Positions 11,061 through 24,490 of a stretch of DNA of 64,000 nucleotides are shown here, piece by piece. The DNA lies in contig MNCI01000003.1 of NCBI GenBank assembly GCA_015680685.1, positions 728,193 to 792,192 on the forward strand, given 5' to 3'. The notes under the pieces were generated by a model, which was not told the DNA's origin, searched no databases, and was given only the letters and a program-made list of their open reading frames with translations. Both the position numbers and the translations under genes were made by a program. Every line of letters starts with the position of its first letter. Position 1 is the first letter of the stretch. The stretch is from Gnetum montanum. Lineage: Eukaryota > Plantae > Gnetophyta.

Positions 11061-13804
11061 TTTCATGGATGAAAAAACTTGTAATGCTAATTCCAAAATC
11101 CTTTAGACTTGGCTACTACATTGTTATTTGATTTGTGAACAATCAGTTGCTCATTGCCCTTAAATAATATATATTTTTATCCTTAAAAATAGCTCGATAT
11201 CCACAATCATCTAATTGATCAAGAAGTAAAAGATTATAGTGGAAATTAGGAACATAGAAGATATTGGAATAATGAATTTATTTCCTTCAAGATTTTTAAC
11301 AATTAGCATTCCCATATGTTTGATTTTGGTTGTAGAACCCCCTCCAAATATGAAATTGCCCAAATTTCATATATGAGATTTTGTAATAGTTCTTCTTGAT
11401 GAGTCATCTACTTCAAGTAACCATTATCAAGCAACCATGAGGTGGATTTGGTAGTAGGAGTGGATAGATTTACGTATATTTTGACAATATATGCACTAAT
11501 CTCATCTTCCTATTTTTCTTCATTATGATTTCTTCTTTCAAAGAAGGTTTCATTTTCTTCTTGTTCATTATTTTCAGTAGCTAGGTTGGCCTTGGTTTGC
11601 TTAGATCTAACTCTTTTTCTACAATTCCTAAAAGTATGTTCTTTTGTATGATAAAAGAAACATTCTCTTGGATTTTAGGATGGCTTTGATGAGTGACCTT
11701 CCTCTTGATTTGATGACTTGTATTTAGAAGATGAATTTTTAGAATTTTGCTATCTACCTCTTCATGAAAAGTAGCACCTCTACTTCTATATTCATTCCTT
11801 TCTCTACCTTTTCCTCTTTCTTGGAAACTTAATGCATAGAATTCTGCTTGTATTGCCTTATTATCTTCTTCTTTTAAGCCATATTCAAAACTGAACTAAT
11901 CATTGAATAAGCTCAACAAGTGTGAGTTTTCCAGGATCAAGGAAGTTACTAATAGAAACTATTAATATCTTGAATGTTTTTGTTAAGGTTCAAAGAATCT
12001 TTAAAATAACATTATTTTCTTCTACATCATGTCCTAGATTTTTCATGGTTAGGATACAATCTTTAACTCTAAAATCTTTGACTCTTAAAATATATGTTTC
12101 AACTAATTCTTCTTCTTTCATCATCAAGTTCTCATATTGCATTTTAAGTGTTTGTAGTTTTATTATTCTTATTTTCTCATGACCCCTAGATTTTTCATCT
12201 AGTCCATTCCATGATTTAAAAGTTAAAGAATAATGAGAATTTTTTTTAAGTTCATCATCTATCATACTTGAATGAATAATTATCATTACCTTGTTATCCT
12301 CCTTCTTTTGACTGGCATATATGTGTACTCTTTGCTGGTTTTATCAATTACTACTTGTACATTTTCAAAGTCATTTTATGTTCATTCCCAAACTCCAAAT
12401 TTTAATAAAAACTCCATTTGTCTTTTCCATATTTTACAATTCTTGACATCAAATGGTGACACTTTAGTTTTAGCCACTTTTTTTGTTGATTGATTTTGAA
12501 ACTAATTACAATATTTGGAAATTGCTAAAAAAAATTCCAATAAATACTTTATAAAGCCAAATATTTTGTAGCTAGAAAAATAGAAATAAGCACAACTTTG
12601 ATTCTCATTTTTTGTAATTAGATGTCAAATAGCTTTTCTTATGACATAGAAATTTATTCTTATGACACCTGAAATTGTAGCTTTGAAGGTATATTTTCTT
12701 ATGCCTTCTTTAGTGTGAGTTATTGATTCCTATTTTCCAAGTAATGGTTTTTTATCTTCAAGGTTTTTATTCTTTTTCTTCAAATTGTACCCAAGGCAAT
12801 CCATTTCATTCTGAGTGAGAACTACTTTTAATTAAGTAGAAATCATATTTGGCTAGATTAGAAACAACCATATTAGAGATATTGATTTAGTTATATACTC
12901 ATGGTATTTTTTAACTACTAAAATTAGTCATCAATACAAATTATTGTTTCAACAGACTTTGTAATTCAAGTTCAAAACATAGATCCAAAGAAAACTTATT
13001 TTCAACCAATGCTAAAATTATTATCAACTTTTTGATTCAACTATTTAAATTTAGATTTTGGAAATAAAGAAAACCAATAAATTTTTAAACACTCTCCAAT
13101 CTAAAGTTTCCATAAACAAAATTATTAACAAAGGAGTCATAACACTAAATTGCAATTTATTCTAATCAGTGTCTAAGCTCTAATACCATATAAAATATTC
13201 ATAATTAAAAGATTCTTTTGGAAAGGCTCAAAATCCACGGAGAAAATTCCAAGTTCCAATTTTAATCCTAAATTATTAATTATTACTAGTATTAGACTAA
13301 ATTAATTATTAGTCAGGTTTCAAAGAAATAATAAAAATGGTAATACAAGGTCAAATTATTACGACACTTGTAGATTAAATTTAGTTTTACAACACAATGT
13401 TAAATGAATTTCAATTTGCTTGTGATGTAATAAACAATGATTTGAAAGTTACATATGGTACTAATAGGAAATTGAATAGCTCTAATTTTAAACAATGATA
13501 GAAACTAAAATGGTACACAATTGACAACCTTAAGAAATAAGTTGCCAAATGAATAGAATCTTTAGTTTTGAGTCCCTATAGTTATGGCTTCGACTTAGGT
13601 ATGGAGCAAATTTCTAACAGATTAAAGCTTTTGTGCAACCTTTAAAATGATTCAATTAAAATATTTAACTTGAATCAAAAAATCTTTATAACTTCCATTG
13701 AAAAAATCATGGATGTAATTTTATATCGAAAGACTAACTTTAATAAAGTTTACAAGAGTGAAGTTCAAATAAAACTTTGAATGCACTAAGAATTCTTGTA
13801 GCTT

Positions 13805-14904
13805 TGAGGATTGAGAACTTAAAAAGGGGGATTTAATAAGTTCCCAAATTTGAACAACCAAGAAAACCAAAACATCATACAAATTTATGTGCCTCCCTAA
13901 CTTGGATACATGCACAGTTGAAAGGTAGAATTCTTGTACATCTTTAGACTTTGTCTCTTTAAAAAAGTGGTTTAAAGGGCACTGAAACCTTTACAATATT
14001 TGAGCTCCACTCAAAGTGTTTTCTTACTAGAAACAAACTCAACCTTGCAAGGTCTCAACAACCTCAAAATGTGGTTTCAAGAATTCCACAACCTTTACAA
14101 TGATGTTAGTTTTGCATGGAGTGTTTTCTCTATGGAAACACACTCAACCTTACATGGTCTTGTTAAGTTCACAAGATGCCTTCTCACAAGAAGTGCATCA
14201 ACCCCGCAGGGATACAAAGAGAAAAAGAATCAAGAAGAGAGTGTAAATAACCTTACAAATTCCTTGAAATGAAGCTCTTAATAAAAAATAAAAATTACAA
14301 GAGATAGAAAATTGAACAAAGACAAAAAATTCACTTGATGTAGATAATGAAAAACACTTGTCTTTTTTCCAATAATTCCACTTTATTTTATAGCCATTTA
14401 CTTTCCAAATTCTCCTCAGAATTTATGTTGTGGCTAGGATATCACTAGTTGGAATGTCCTATTTGAGCTTGGGACATCTCATTGAAAACTAGCCACATGT
14501 AGGTGGGATGTCCCATTAAAATTAGGACATCTTACTTGGGACATCCTAGGACATCCCAAAATCAATTAGGACATCTACTATTTTCTTGGGATGTCTAGCC
14601 TAAAATGGAGTCTTCATCTTTGGGATGTTTGTTGATCTTTTGCGATGTTTAGGAAGACACCAAAACATCTTCAATTAGCTTAGAGGCTTCATGTATCCTT
14701 AAAATATTTCATCTTGGTTGAGACTTCTTGTCATCTCAACTCAGCTTTTGTTTTGGTATCATGAAGCTCTTGTCTCAAACTCATGGAGTCCTTATCTTTA
14801 CACCAATAAGCTCTTATCCTAATTTTGTCATCTTGTTCTTTCTTAGCCCTACAAGACTATAAGCACATTTTCCACATTCTCCATGACATATTAAAATGTC
14901 AACA
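13805..14904 (-). repeat. 3' LTR of the SIRE-like element (~1100 bp)
   Basis: Collinear with 41994-43039, TG..CA ends, adjacent PPT at 14905-14925. Confidence 0.88.
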
Positions 14905-16849
14905 ATCTTTTCCTTTTTGGTGATGTTCAAAACTTAAGAAAATGGGTTAGCACATTCTATAATATCATATGATTAAAAAATTAAAGGCACAAAATATTTT
15001 GTAAATATATAGCTAGCTAAGGATGACAAAGAGATGAATAGACATCAATGAGTACACATCCTTCAGCATAGGTTTCAAAGGGTTGAAAAAATATGTTATT
15101 AGGAGCTCCCCATCAGACACATCACACAATCCATTAAATATAAAGAAACATAATTAAAGCCTTTTAAATGTGAATCTATAATAATATCATTTAGGGTCAA
15201 AGGTTGAGCATTGAAGATCACATATCCTATCTTTGAAATAATGAACCATAGGCCATTAAGAACAAAATCACTATTTACTGCATGGACCAAGATTTATGAT
15301 TATGAAGACGATATCCATAATAAAAGCCAAGTTTTAATAAATAGTTTTTCACCATATATCCAATACACATATCTTATTATTTTATGAATAACATCTTATA
15401 CTCATTTTTGGACATCATAAAAGAGATACTACAAGTAGAATTCATTACCAATGACAGAGAGAGATAACAAATTTTACTTTAAAGATATTAGATTCAATAT
15501 TCATAATAATGATGAAGGCTACTCAACTGATCATGCTGAAAATGTTAAAATAATAAATCATACAATGCTCATAAAGCAATTTGATACACCCATGTCAATT
15601 TCAAGTGCTTGCATCAATAAAGGCCATTTGGAGGTAAAAGATAAAAAAAAAATGAGTTGACAAAATTAACTTATAATTTTACCTTAGATACTTTACCAAA
15701 TTTTAATATGAATATACTTTTTCTTACTCATTTTTTCTCATGGATGCTAGAATTGGAAGTCTTACAGCTTAAGTATCTTTTGGTAGGAATCTCTGAAGAC
15801 TCCTCCTACACATGTGACCCAAAAGATAATGACTGTTGATGAGATACAAGCTCTCCCTATATAAGTGCAAATGTTCTTCCAAATTTTACAATGCATCTAC
15901 TAATTGATGCTCCTTCCTTTGGTTACTTTTCCTTTGTAGAGATGCATCCTTGAATTAATAAATTTGTAATACCATACTAAGATCAAGTATTAATACTTTT
16001 GAACTTAAATTCTCTCATTAGTGGTACCTTTAATAGATAATGAATACCATAATTTTTAACAAAAGATACCAATAGATACTAGCATAGCACAATAATTTTT
16101 CTTTTGATGAAAAGCTCTTTGTTGATCTTTCTTAAAAGATTCATGAATTTTAGTGAAGCACCTTAAACAACTTGAAATCATTACATACTAGTTAAGGACC
16201 CAAAAATTGATTTGCTAATATTAATAAAAAATATTTCAAAATCATTTAGTACTTTAACATATTGCAACCCAACAAATAATACAAGCATAATATCTACATC
16301 ATATGAGTTGGATCACAAGGTATATATATTCTAACACTAGTGAGATGATGCAAACTTAATAGACCCTACCTTGTGAATTTTTTGTACCTTGATCCTTATT
16401 GAGATATATCTCATTAGTATCTGTTAAAAATTTAATGATCCTGTGCTTTTATCTACAACTCAACATCTTACAAGATCAAGTGATATTTTCTTTAGATAAC
16501 CAAAGATTTCTAGTAGCATCCATTGAATTAATTTCCTAATTACTAATCATCTATAAACATAAAGTAATCTACACTAAGCCTAGTAAGCGAAGGAATATAG
16601 ATTTAATGTTACTATCTTACTTACTTTCTAGCATGAACATGATTAAAAAAGTTGAAGGTGAGGTCCTCCATAATAGGGTACCTCCTTAGCATGCAACTAT
16701 TCCTTATCTTTTATTTTATCAGTATCTTGGTTTGAATCTCCAAACTCATATGAAGTTAGTACTTTGTCATGCTCATGTTCTTCAAAATAAGAGGGCTAAT
16801 AATTTTTACTAATTATAGCTACTGATATTTTAATTTGATTAGAGACCAT

Positions 16850-17189
16850 CCCTTCCTCTTGTTCATTAATTCTCCAAGATTTTGTACCTTGCAAGTTACA
16901 CTTACTAAACTTCCCTTGAGAAGATCAAGTAGCCATGTTATTTTACTATATAAGTGGTTGATAATAACCTTGTTCATGTCCACATACTTTATAGCAAAAG
17001 TATAGGGTATTTCTAATTTCAATAGGATAATCAAAACTGGTCTTGTTTCTCCTTTTCAATGATATTAAAATTGTACAAGAGTTCTTGGAGAAGCCTCTTT
17101 CAACTCTTCATTGTTGTGCTAATTTTGAGATACTTCTTGATTTTTGCTAGTCCTTGCATCTTGTATGTCTCTATACTTCTACTCATATA
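16850..17189 (-). pseudogene. SIRE-like gag, C-terminal segment
   Basis: Continues the coiled-coil K/E-rich gag across the element B insertion. Contains a weak C/H cluster near 16970-17000. Confidence 0.55.
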
Positions 17190-17194
17190 AATAG

Positions 17195-18061
17195 TGATGA
17201 ATCACATTTTTCACAACTTTGATATTGAGTACCTGATATCAGGGCCTTGACGTTGGGTATTTGATGTTGGGGCCCAGTACACGATGTTGGATATTTAATA
17301 TTGTAGGGTATATGTTGGCCTATAAATATAGTAGTTGGACTCACGATTTGGGTTAGTTTTTCATCGGGTTTTGTCATAGTTAGCAAAGCTCTTGTAGTTT
17401 GTTTTCTCCAGAGTTAGAATATTTTCTAAGTTCCTATAGCAGCATTCTAAGCATGCACAAATCTTTGTTTGAACACTAATGTACCTAAGCGTAGTAGTGT
17501 GACAAGAATAAAAATGAACCTTTCAATAATCCTTGTAGCACTAAGAATAGATTAATGTTTCCTTTAATGCACTTTAGTTTCATGCACTTACTTTAATGCA
17601 TTTAAATTAGGCAATTAATTTCCAATTGTGAATGAACACAAGCACAACCACTTTAAGCATACATATAGTGCTTGGTAATCCAAGAACACTTAATGTTTGG
17701 TAATCCAATAGTACTATATTTGTTCAGGATGTGTCCAGGAAAGTGGGACAAGTAGTTGTGTTAGGCTAGCTAGGTAGTAAATGAGTTAGATATTAAATTA
17801 CTTTAACTTTAATTTTTATTTTAGGCATCTAAATTTATAAAACATAAAATGAGAAAAATCATATACCTCAATTACACTTAAACCATATCCTTGAGCTTCA
17901 CAAGTGTAGTTTGGGAGACAACAACCGTTTACAATGCCCATTTCACTTCCTAGAAGAACTAGTGCAATTGAGAACCATAAGTCCATGGAATTTGATTGGA
18001 TTGCATGTGAATGTCTTAGTGATTCATATGGTTGGGTGTACGGGTACCTCGCCACTCATCA
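17195..18061 (+). repeat. 5' LTR of element B
   Basis: Direct repeat of 26413-27281, followed by the PBS. Confidence 0.95.
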
Positions 18062-18062
18062 T

Positions 18063-18080
18063 TGGCACTATTGCTGGGGA
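18063..18080 (+). promoter_or_regulatory. PBS, tRNA-Asp type (Athila)
   Basis: TGGCACTATTGCTGGGGA differs from TGGCGCCGTTGCCGGGGA only by C>T/G>A changes. Confidence 0.85.
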
Positions 18081-18222
18081 CCTTCTGGTTGTTTTGTGTA
18101 CTATTTAGGATTTAGTGGAAATCAATCAAAATCGTTGGAATGAACCTTAGAGTCCTATCATATTTTACAATTACTACAAGAAAAATTTAAAAGCACACTA
18201 CATTTTTATCATCTTATAGAAA

Positions 18223-21200
18223 ATGTCTTCTTCTCATAGGAGTGCTTCTTCATCCCAGTTTGATGGAGCTCATTAGCAATATTGAGTAGTATACGCTCAT
18301 CCTAATGAGTATGTATCTAATTTTACCTTCATCCTACATCAGGATGAACAATTGTGGTGGTGTGACATGGAGGGAAACATTGTGTTGCCACTCAATCGAT
18401 CCATGCCTGCAATGCTCCAACAAATGCCTATACGATGGGGTTTCCAGGAACGTCATGCTGAGTATGTTGTATAAGATACTAATGTTAGGGATTATCATCC
18501 CATTGAGGCATAATGTCTACGAAATTGATAGTTAGAACAACGTCATAAATTTGTGAAGCAAAAAGGATTTAATGATTCCCCATTCCTACTATACCAAAAA
18601 GATGGTGGGGAACCCTTCTCTGAGGGTTTCCCATTTAGTGAAATCCCTCTCTTTGACTTTGGTGAAGGAGGTTAAATTCAGAACTTGCGGTCCAAAATTT
18701 ACAATTCAGGTTCTAGTAAGAATGGATCTAGAAACAAAGAAGGATCCAATGAGGCAAGACAAGGTAGGAGTGCAGAAAAGAAATAGGATCATGATCATGA
18801 CTGTGATCATTGAAGAGGTGGTAGCAAGTCCCATGATGGTGCTAGTCCACCTTCCTCTTCACCTTCGTCATTATTTTCTTCTTCTTCTAGCTTTGATTGG
18901 AAATGCAAGAGGTGAGACCATGATGGAGGTGACCAAAATGACTGACAGGACTGAAATGATCGAAGGGACCATCAGGAAAGGAAAGATCAAGAACATAGAC
19001 ATTCAAGAGAGGCACATCACCATTTATGAAGGGGTAGTAGAGGGCATCATAGGCACCATGATCATGGCCTCAATGAGCCTTTACTTGCTACCCGAGGTAT
19101 GCTCAATATTGTAGAGGCAGTACAAATTCCAATAAGGCATGTGAAGGATAGTCAAATCAAAAGGCTAGACATGAATAATATTTTTTGGTTTGAAGGGGGA
19201 TATAAATCTGATCTACAGAACCATCTCCAAGCTTTTCAAGATGCATGTGGCTTGCAAAACATAGAGAATGAGTGGTAAAAACTTAAGTTGTATCCAAGGA
19301 CACTTAGCGAAGAAGTAGAAAACTAGTATGGTCCTTAGAGCTAGAATCTATCAGATGATGGAGTACCATGCTTGAATTGTTTAATGATCAATATTAAACA
19401 TACTCTAGAGTGTCCAACTTGAGAAGGAAAATTCAAGGATGGAAACAAGGAACACATGAACCCTTGGATGTCACCATCGGTCAATACTATTCCTTAATGC
19501 ATAAATGTCTTGGGCATGGTTATTTTCAATTGGATCAACTTTGCCATATTGTAGGTAAGCTTTAATTAGAAATGAGGAGAACCCTTGGTGTCCATTCCCA
19601 AGGGTGACTATTAGAATTAAGTGCCCATAAAATACAAAGACTAATTTAGTAGGTAGCTAAAGAGGAGGGTGGATTAAGAAAAAGAGAAAGTGTAGAAGAA
19701 TATAATTGCGATCCTTCCATTCACAAGATAGAGGTTCGATTCTATGATACTGAAGAAGAATCTACACCTGATGAGGTGGTGAATAGGATAACTTTGCCAC
19801 TCCAAAAATTTCAATTATGGACACCAAGTTTGATCAATTATGGGGCTCCATGGAAAGCAGATTTCAAGTTGTCCTAAAAATTACTGAAGAGTCCAAAGAA
19901 TAAGGTAGTAATCATGAGCGTAGCAGGTGCAAGGAAGTTGAACATGCCTATAAAAAAGGTAAGGGTAAGATTGCTACAATAGAAGAAGTTATGGAAAGAG
20001 AATTAGATGATGATGGTTGGCTTGAAATTTTCCAATATGTACATCCTAAGGGATGTTGCCCCATAGTGTCACATTTACAGGAGTCTAGTGTGTATTCTTT
20101 GAATCCACGACTAACATAAAGGAAAATATCCAAAAGATTATCTTATCCTTAAGGTAATTTTAGGTAGTTCCACCACTAGTAGTAATATTATCCCAGTGGA
20201 ACTCCATTGCAATCATATGAGTAGTATTAATAGTGGTAGCAACCACAATTATGGGTGCTAGCACCACCAAGGTAGCAATACCATTGCAGACAACTTGATC
20301 CATATGGGTACTACATTTGGCAACCTCTATCTTTAGTGACTCCTTCAGTCATATTTTTACTTTCCAATCTCACTACCACCCTTCTAATTATTATTGAGCT
20401 CATTCTCCACATGAATGAAGGGATGCCACCTTTTATCCTTATTTTCCTCTTGTCCCCACACATGTTCCTCCTCTAGCTACATAGCTACCACTTGCTCCAA
20501 ATATGTAGGATGAATTACTAGCTCAACCACAACAATGCAACACTACTAGGGTTGTTAATCTACAATTGGTTCATCAATCGAGTGGGTGAAACATGCAATC
20601 AAGGAAAAGACCTTTTTTTCAACCTCATAGTCCACTCACGGTTGACAACCCTATCCCTCCATCTTCCTCTGTATAAAATTCCTTCGAATTTCCTTCAAAC
20701 AAAAATCCACCTAGGATCCATACTATGATGCTTATGCACATTGTATCTAATTAGATATGTGCTGGAAACCTTCCCAAGAAACTAGTCGATCTTGGAAGTC
20801 CTCTCATCTATTTGCAGATTTCTGGGAATGAACCATGTAAAGGTTTTTTCAACTTAGGTTTTGGTGTGAATTTAATTTTTTATGAGATGTACATTGCATG
20901 GAACCTGCCTCCTCTGAAAAAAGGTAATATCATATTAGAATTAGTAGACTAGTCCATCACTATTCTATTCGGACTAGTGGAAAACACTATGACCACTGTC
21001 TATGGATGGTCTTATCCTACTGATTTCCTAGTGATCAAGGTGGATAACTACAAAGTAGATTTCTCAGTCATCATGGGAAGGGCATGGCTTAGCACTGTTG
21101 ATGTAAGAATGGTCATTAGAGATATTTCCCTAGAAATATCCAAAAATAAAATGCATTCGAAAAGATTGAGAAGAAGTGAGTTTCATGCATTGTGTACAGC

Positions 21201-24200
21201 GAGACAGGGGATAATTGTGTGCAGAAACTTTGGGCTATGAAACAAGCATCTATCTTTGCATGTAAGCAGTGTGCACTAGAAGCAGAAATTTAAAGGTGTC
21301 TGTATGTAGTAGCCACAAAACAAGAGGGTACCCAGTGACTGATTGCTGATTATGAGAGTAGCACACTTTGCATGAAATCGACTGAGAGCCTAACATGCGC
21401 ATATGTTGCAGGAATCGATGAACTAGAGCAGGTTAATCACCAACTTTCTGATGATGCAAATGATAATACTTATTGGGAAGAGTTGGAAATTCCTAAATAT
21501 TTTAGGTAATAGGCCCTTGAATTAAAAACGCTATAGACCGAAATGGAATATGTGTTTTTATGAAATGGGAAGCCAATCAAAATCAATACAAATATTGCTC
21601 CAGAGCAAAAAATGATGTTATTGAATGTGGTTGAAAAATGGTCATAAGCTTTTGCTTGGTCATATCTTGAACTCACAAGGATTGATCCTAGGATATGCTA
21701 GCATCATATCTACACTGATTCGGCCATGAAGCCAAAGAGATAGCCACAGAGGTAATTGAACCCCAAATTGAAGTAGGTCATCAAAGAGGAAATTGAACAA
21801 CTCCTCAAGGTAGGGTTTATTTATCCCATTGCAGATAGTAAGTGGGTTAGTCCACTTGTAATTTTGCCAAAGAAAGGAGGCAAGTGGTGGATTTGCATTG
21901 ATTTTTGGCTACTGAATATGGCAATATTCAAGAACCATTTTCCATTTCCATTTGTTGATTAGGTGTTAGATACAATATCTGGGCATTGCTACTATAGTTT
22001 TCTAGATTTTTATAGTGGCTATAACCAAATTCAAATTGCACTAGAGGACTAGGCAAAAACAACATTCATGATTCCTTGGGGGACTTGTATATCACAAGAT
22101 GCTATTTGGTCTCTGTAATTCTCCTGCTACATTTCAACGCTTGGTTATGAGCATTCTTCAGTAGCAAATTAGAAGTGGTGTGGAAGTCTTCATGGATGAC
22201 CTCTCCACTTATGGAGCTACATTTGAGCAAGCCTTGGATTGCCTTGAGGAAGTGCTAAAATGATGTGTTGAAACCAACTTGCAGCTTAATTGGCAAAAAA
22301 GTCACCTAATGGTCGAGGAAGGCATTGTATTGGGGCATAGAATATCACAAGTAGGAATTGAGGTAGACCTTGAGAAAATAAGGGTGATCCAAGGAATAAC
22401 GTACCAACATGAAATTTTCAAAGATGTTTGATCATTCCTTGAACATACTAGCTACTACCAGTGATTCATAGAGAATTTCTCTAAGGTCACAAAGTTGTTG
22501 GTAGAGTTGATAAAGAAAGATGCTTCATTTTTCTAGATCACAAAATGTGAAAAAGCATTCCAACACCTAAAATAAAAACTTGTAAAAACTCCAATCTACA
22601 AGTACCTAATTGGTCCAGACCATTTCATGTCATGAAACATGTATCAAATCATGCCTTGGGAGTTGTGCTTACGTAGATGGATGACAAGAAGAATACATAC
22701 TACATCCATTGTATTAGCTAAAGCATTATGGATGCAAAACTAAGCTACACCACTACAGAAAAAGAATTGATGGTAGTGGTGTTTGCTCTAGAGAAGTTTA
22801 GGGATTATGTACTTGGATACAATTTTTTATGCACACAGACCATAGTGCCATCCACTTCCTAATGAACAAGCCAATGGTGGGCACCCACATTATATGGTGG
22901 CTAGTGAGCTTGCAGGAATTTGATCTTATGATGTTAGATCAAAAGGGCACTGAGAATGTGGTTGCTGATCATTTATCTCGGTTGCGATGGAACAAAAAAG
23001 AGGAAGAAAATCCACTATTTGATATGTTTCTAGATGAACTCCTCTTTGCTAGGGCTATAACTGAATAATTCCCTAATGAGCCTAAATGGTATGATAACAT
23101 TCTCACCTATGTTCTTACCCAAGAGATGCCACAAGGTTTGGACCTCTGGAAGAAATAATAGTTTCTTCACTAGATAAAACACTTCATGGAGATCAAAAGA
23201 TACCTCTATAAGGTGTGCGCTAATGGCTTAGTTCATTGATGCATCCTTGNCAGATACCTCTATAAGGTGTGCGCTAATGGCTTAGTTCATTGATGCATCC
23301 TTGATGCCAATTAACTACACATTCTCCAAGATGCTCATGAAGGTCCTTGTGGAGGACACTATGCTGGGAGATGCATAGCCATTAAAATTCTAATGGCAAG
23401 GTACTATTGGCCAAAAATATTTAGGGATGCTCACCATTACATCCACTCTTGTGAATGATGCCAACGACATGGTGGAATAACTGCTTGAATAGAGGGACCT
23501 CAACAATGGATTCAACCACTAGAATCCTTCGACATTTGGGGAATTGATTTCATGGGTCCCATCACACCCATGTTAAATGGAAAGGCATACATCATAGTCA
23601 TTGTTGACTATTGTACGAAATGAGTAGAAGTAGTAGCCATCATTGACTATACATCTTCTATTGCTGCTTAGTTTGTACAACAAAATGTTGTAAAAAGGTT
23701 TGGTGTGCCATGTGCAGTAATTGTTGATAATGGAACTCACTTTATAGGCACTACTTTTTAGAAGCTTGTGCAATGCTTGGGGGTTGAACATAAACTCACA
23801 ACACCCTACCATCCCCAAGCCAATGGTCAAGCTAAGGTTACCAATAGGGAAATCACAAGGATTCTAATAAGAATTGTTAGCAAATATAGGAAATACTAGA
23901 GCAGAAAACTCAATGATGTCCTTTGGGCCTACCGCTCAACATAGAAACTTCCTATAGGCTATTCTCTCTATTAGCTTGTGTACGTAAAATTACCAATACT
24001 TTTTATTCAATCTGAGCTCCATACACTTTCAATAGCTTGTGACCTTAACGTTGACTTAAGTCTAGCAGAAAAAGAAAGACTGATGAATCTCAACCTGCTA
24101 GACAAAAACCAATTGGTTGCCCTCTCATCTAATGAGTTGCACAAGGCCTAGAACAAAAAGTGCCATGATATTAAAATCAAAAAAGTCAAATTTCAACTAG

Positions 24201-24490
24201 GAGATAAGGTTCTCTACTAGAACCCCACACACATACCTCAACAAACGAACTTTTAAACATTGTGGGAAGGACCTTACATCATTTAAAAAACTTTTCCTTC
24301 TAGGGCCCTGATGATCCACAAACCTAAGAGCCCAAACAAGAAATAGCTAGTGAACATCCAAAAAAGCAAACCTTGCCACAAGAATAAGCCAACTAATACG
24401 ACAAATGCCTCATCGGATGGAAAACCATGCTCCATATTTCATATCTCCTTCTTTGAACTTAGTCATGTGGGAGATGGCCATCTATGCTAA
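18223..24490 (+). pseudogene. Degenerate gag-pol of element B
   Basis: Starts MSSSHR as in C. RT reads WVSPLVILPKKGGKW and EVFMDDLS; RNase H YTTTEKEL..HTDHSA..ENVVADHLSR; integrase GGHYAG..WGIDFMGP..DNGTHF..TPYHPQANGQ. Many stops and frameshifts. Confidence 0.93.

Larger units (their letters stand above)
8960..13190 (-). mobile_element. Ty1/Copia internal region (PBS, gag, PR, INT, RT), 3' truncated inside RT
   Basis: Copia domain order is present. PBS TGGTATTAGAGC at 13177-13188; gag 11600-12480 with a degenerate Zn knuckle; protease WLLDNG near 11430; integrase IKTLRTNYGGEY..TIPYTPQQN. RT reads KWIYHTK..YKVRLMVKGY, KKALYG..QAPRAW and VYVDDII. Confidence 0.92.

Noticed and set aside
13189-13804. 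5' LTR of the minus-strand Copia
   Set aside because: Position fits, but there is no partner LTR and no clear TG..CA boundary, so its extent cannot be supported.
18572-19114. 180-aa ORF, the longest in element B
   Set aside because: Off-frame reading of the low-complexity gag N-terminus; the adjacent frame is the one conserved with C.
23198-23303. Perfect 52-bp tandem repeat in element B pol
   Set aside because: Identical copies separated by a single N (23250); this is an unmerged contig overlap, not biology.
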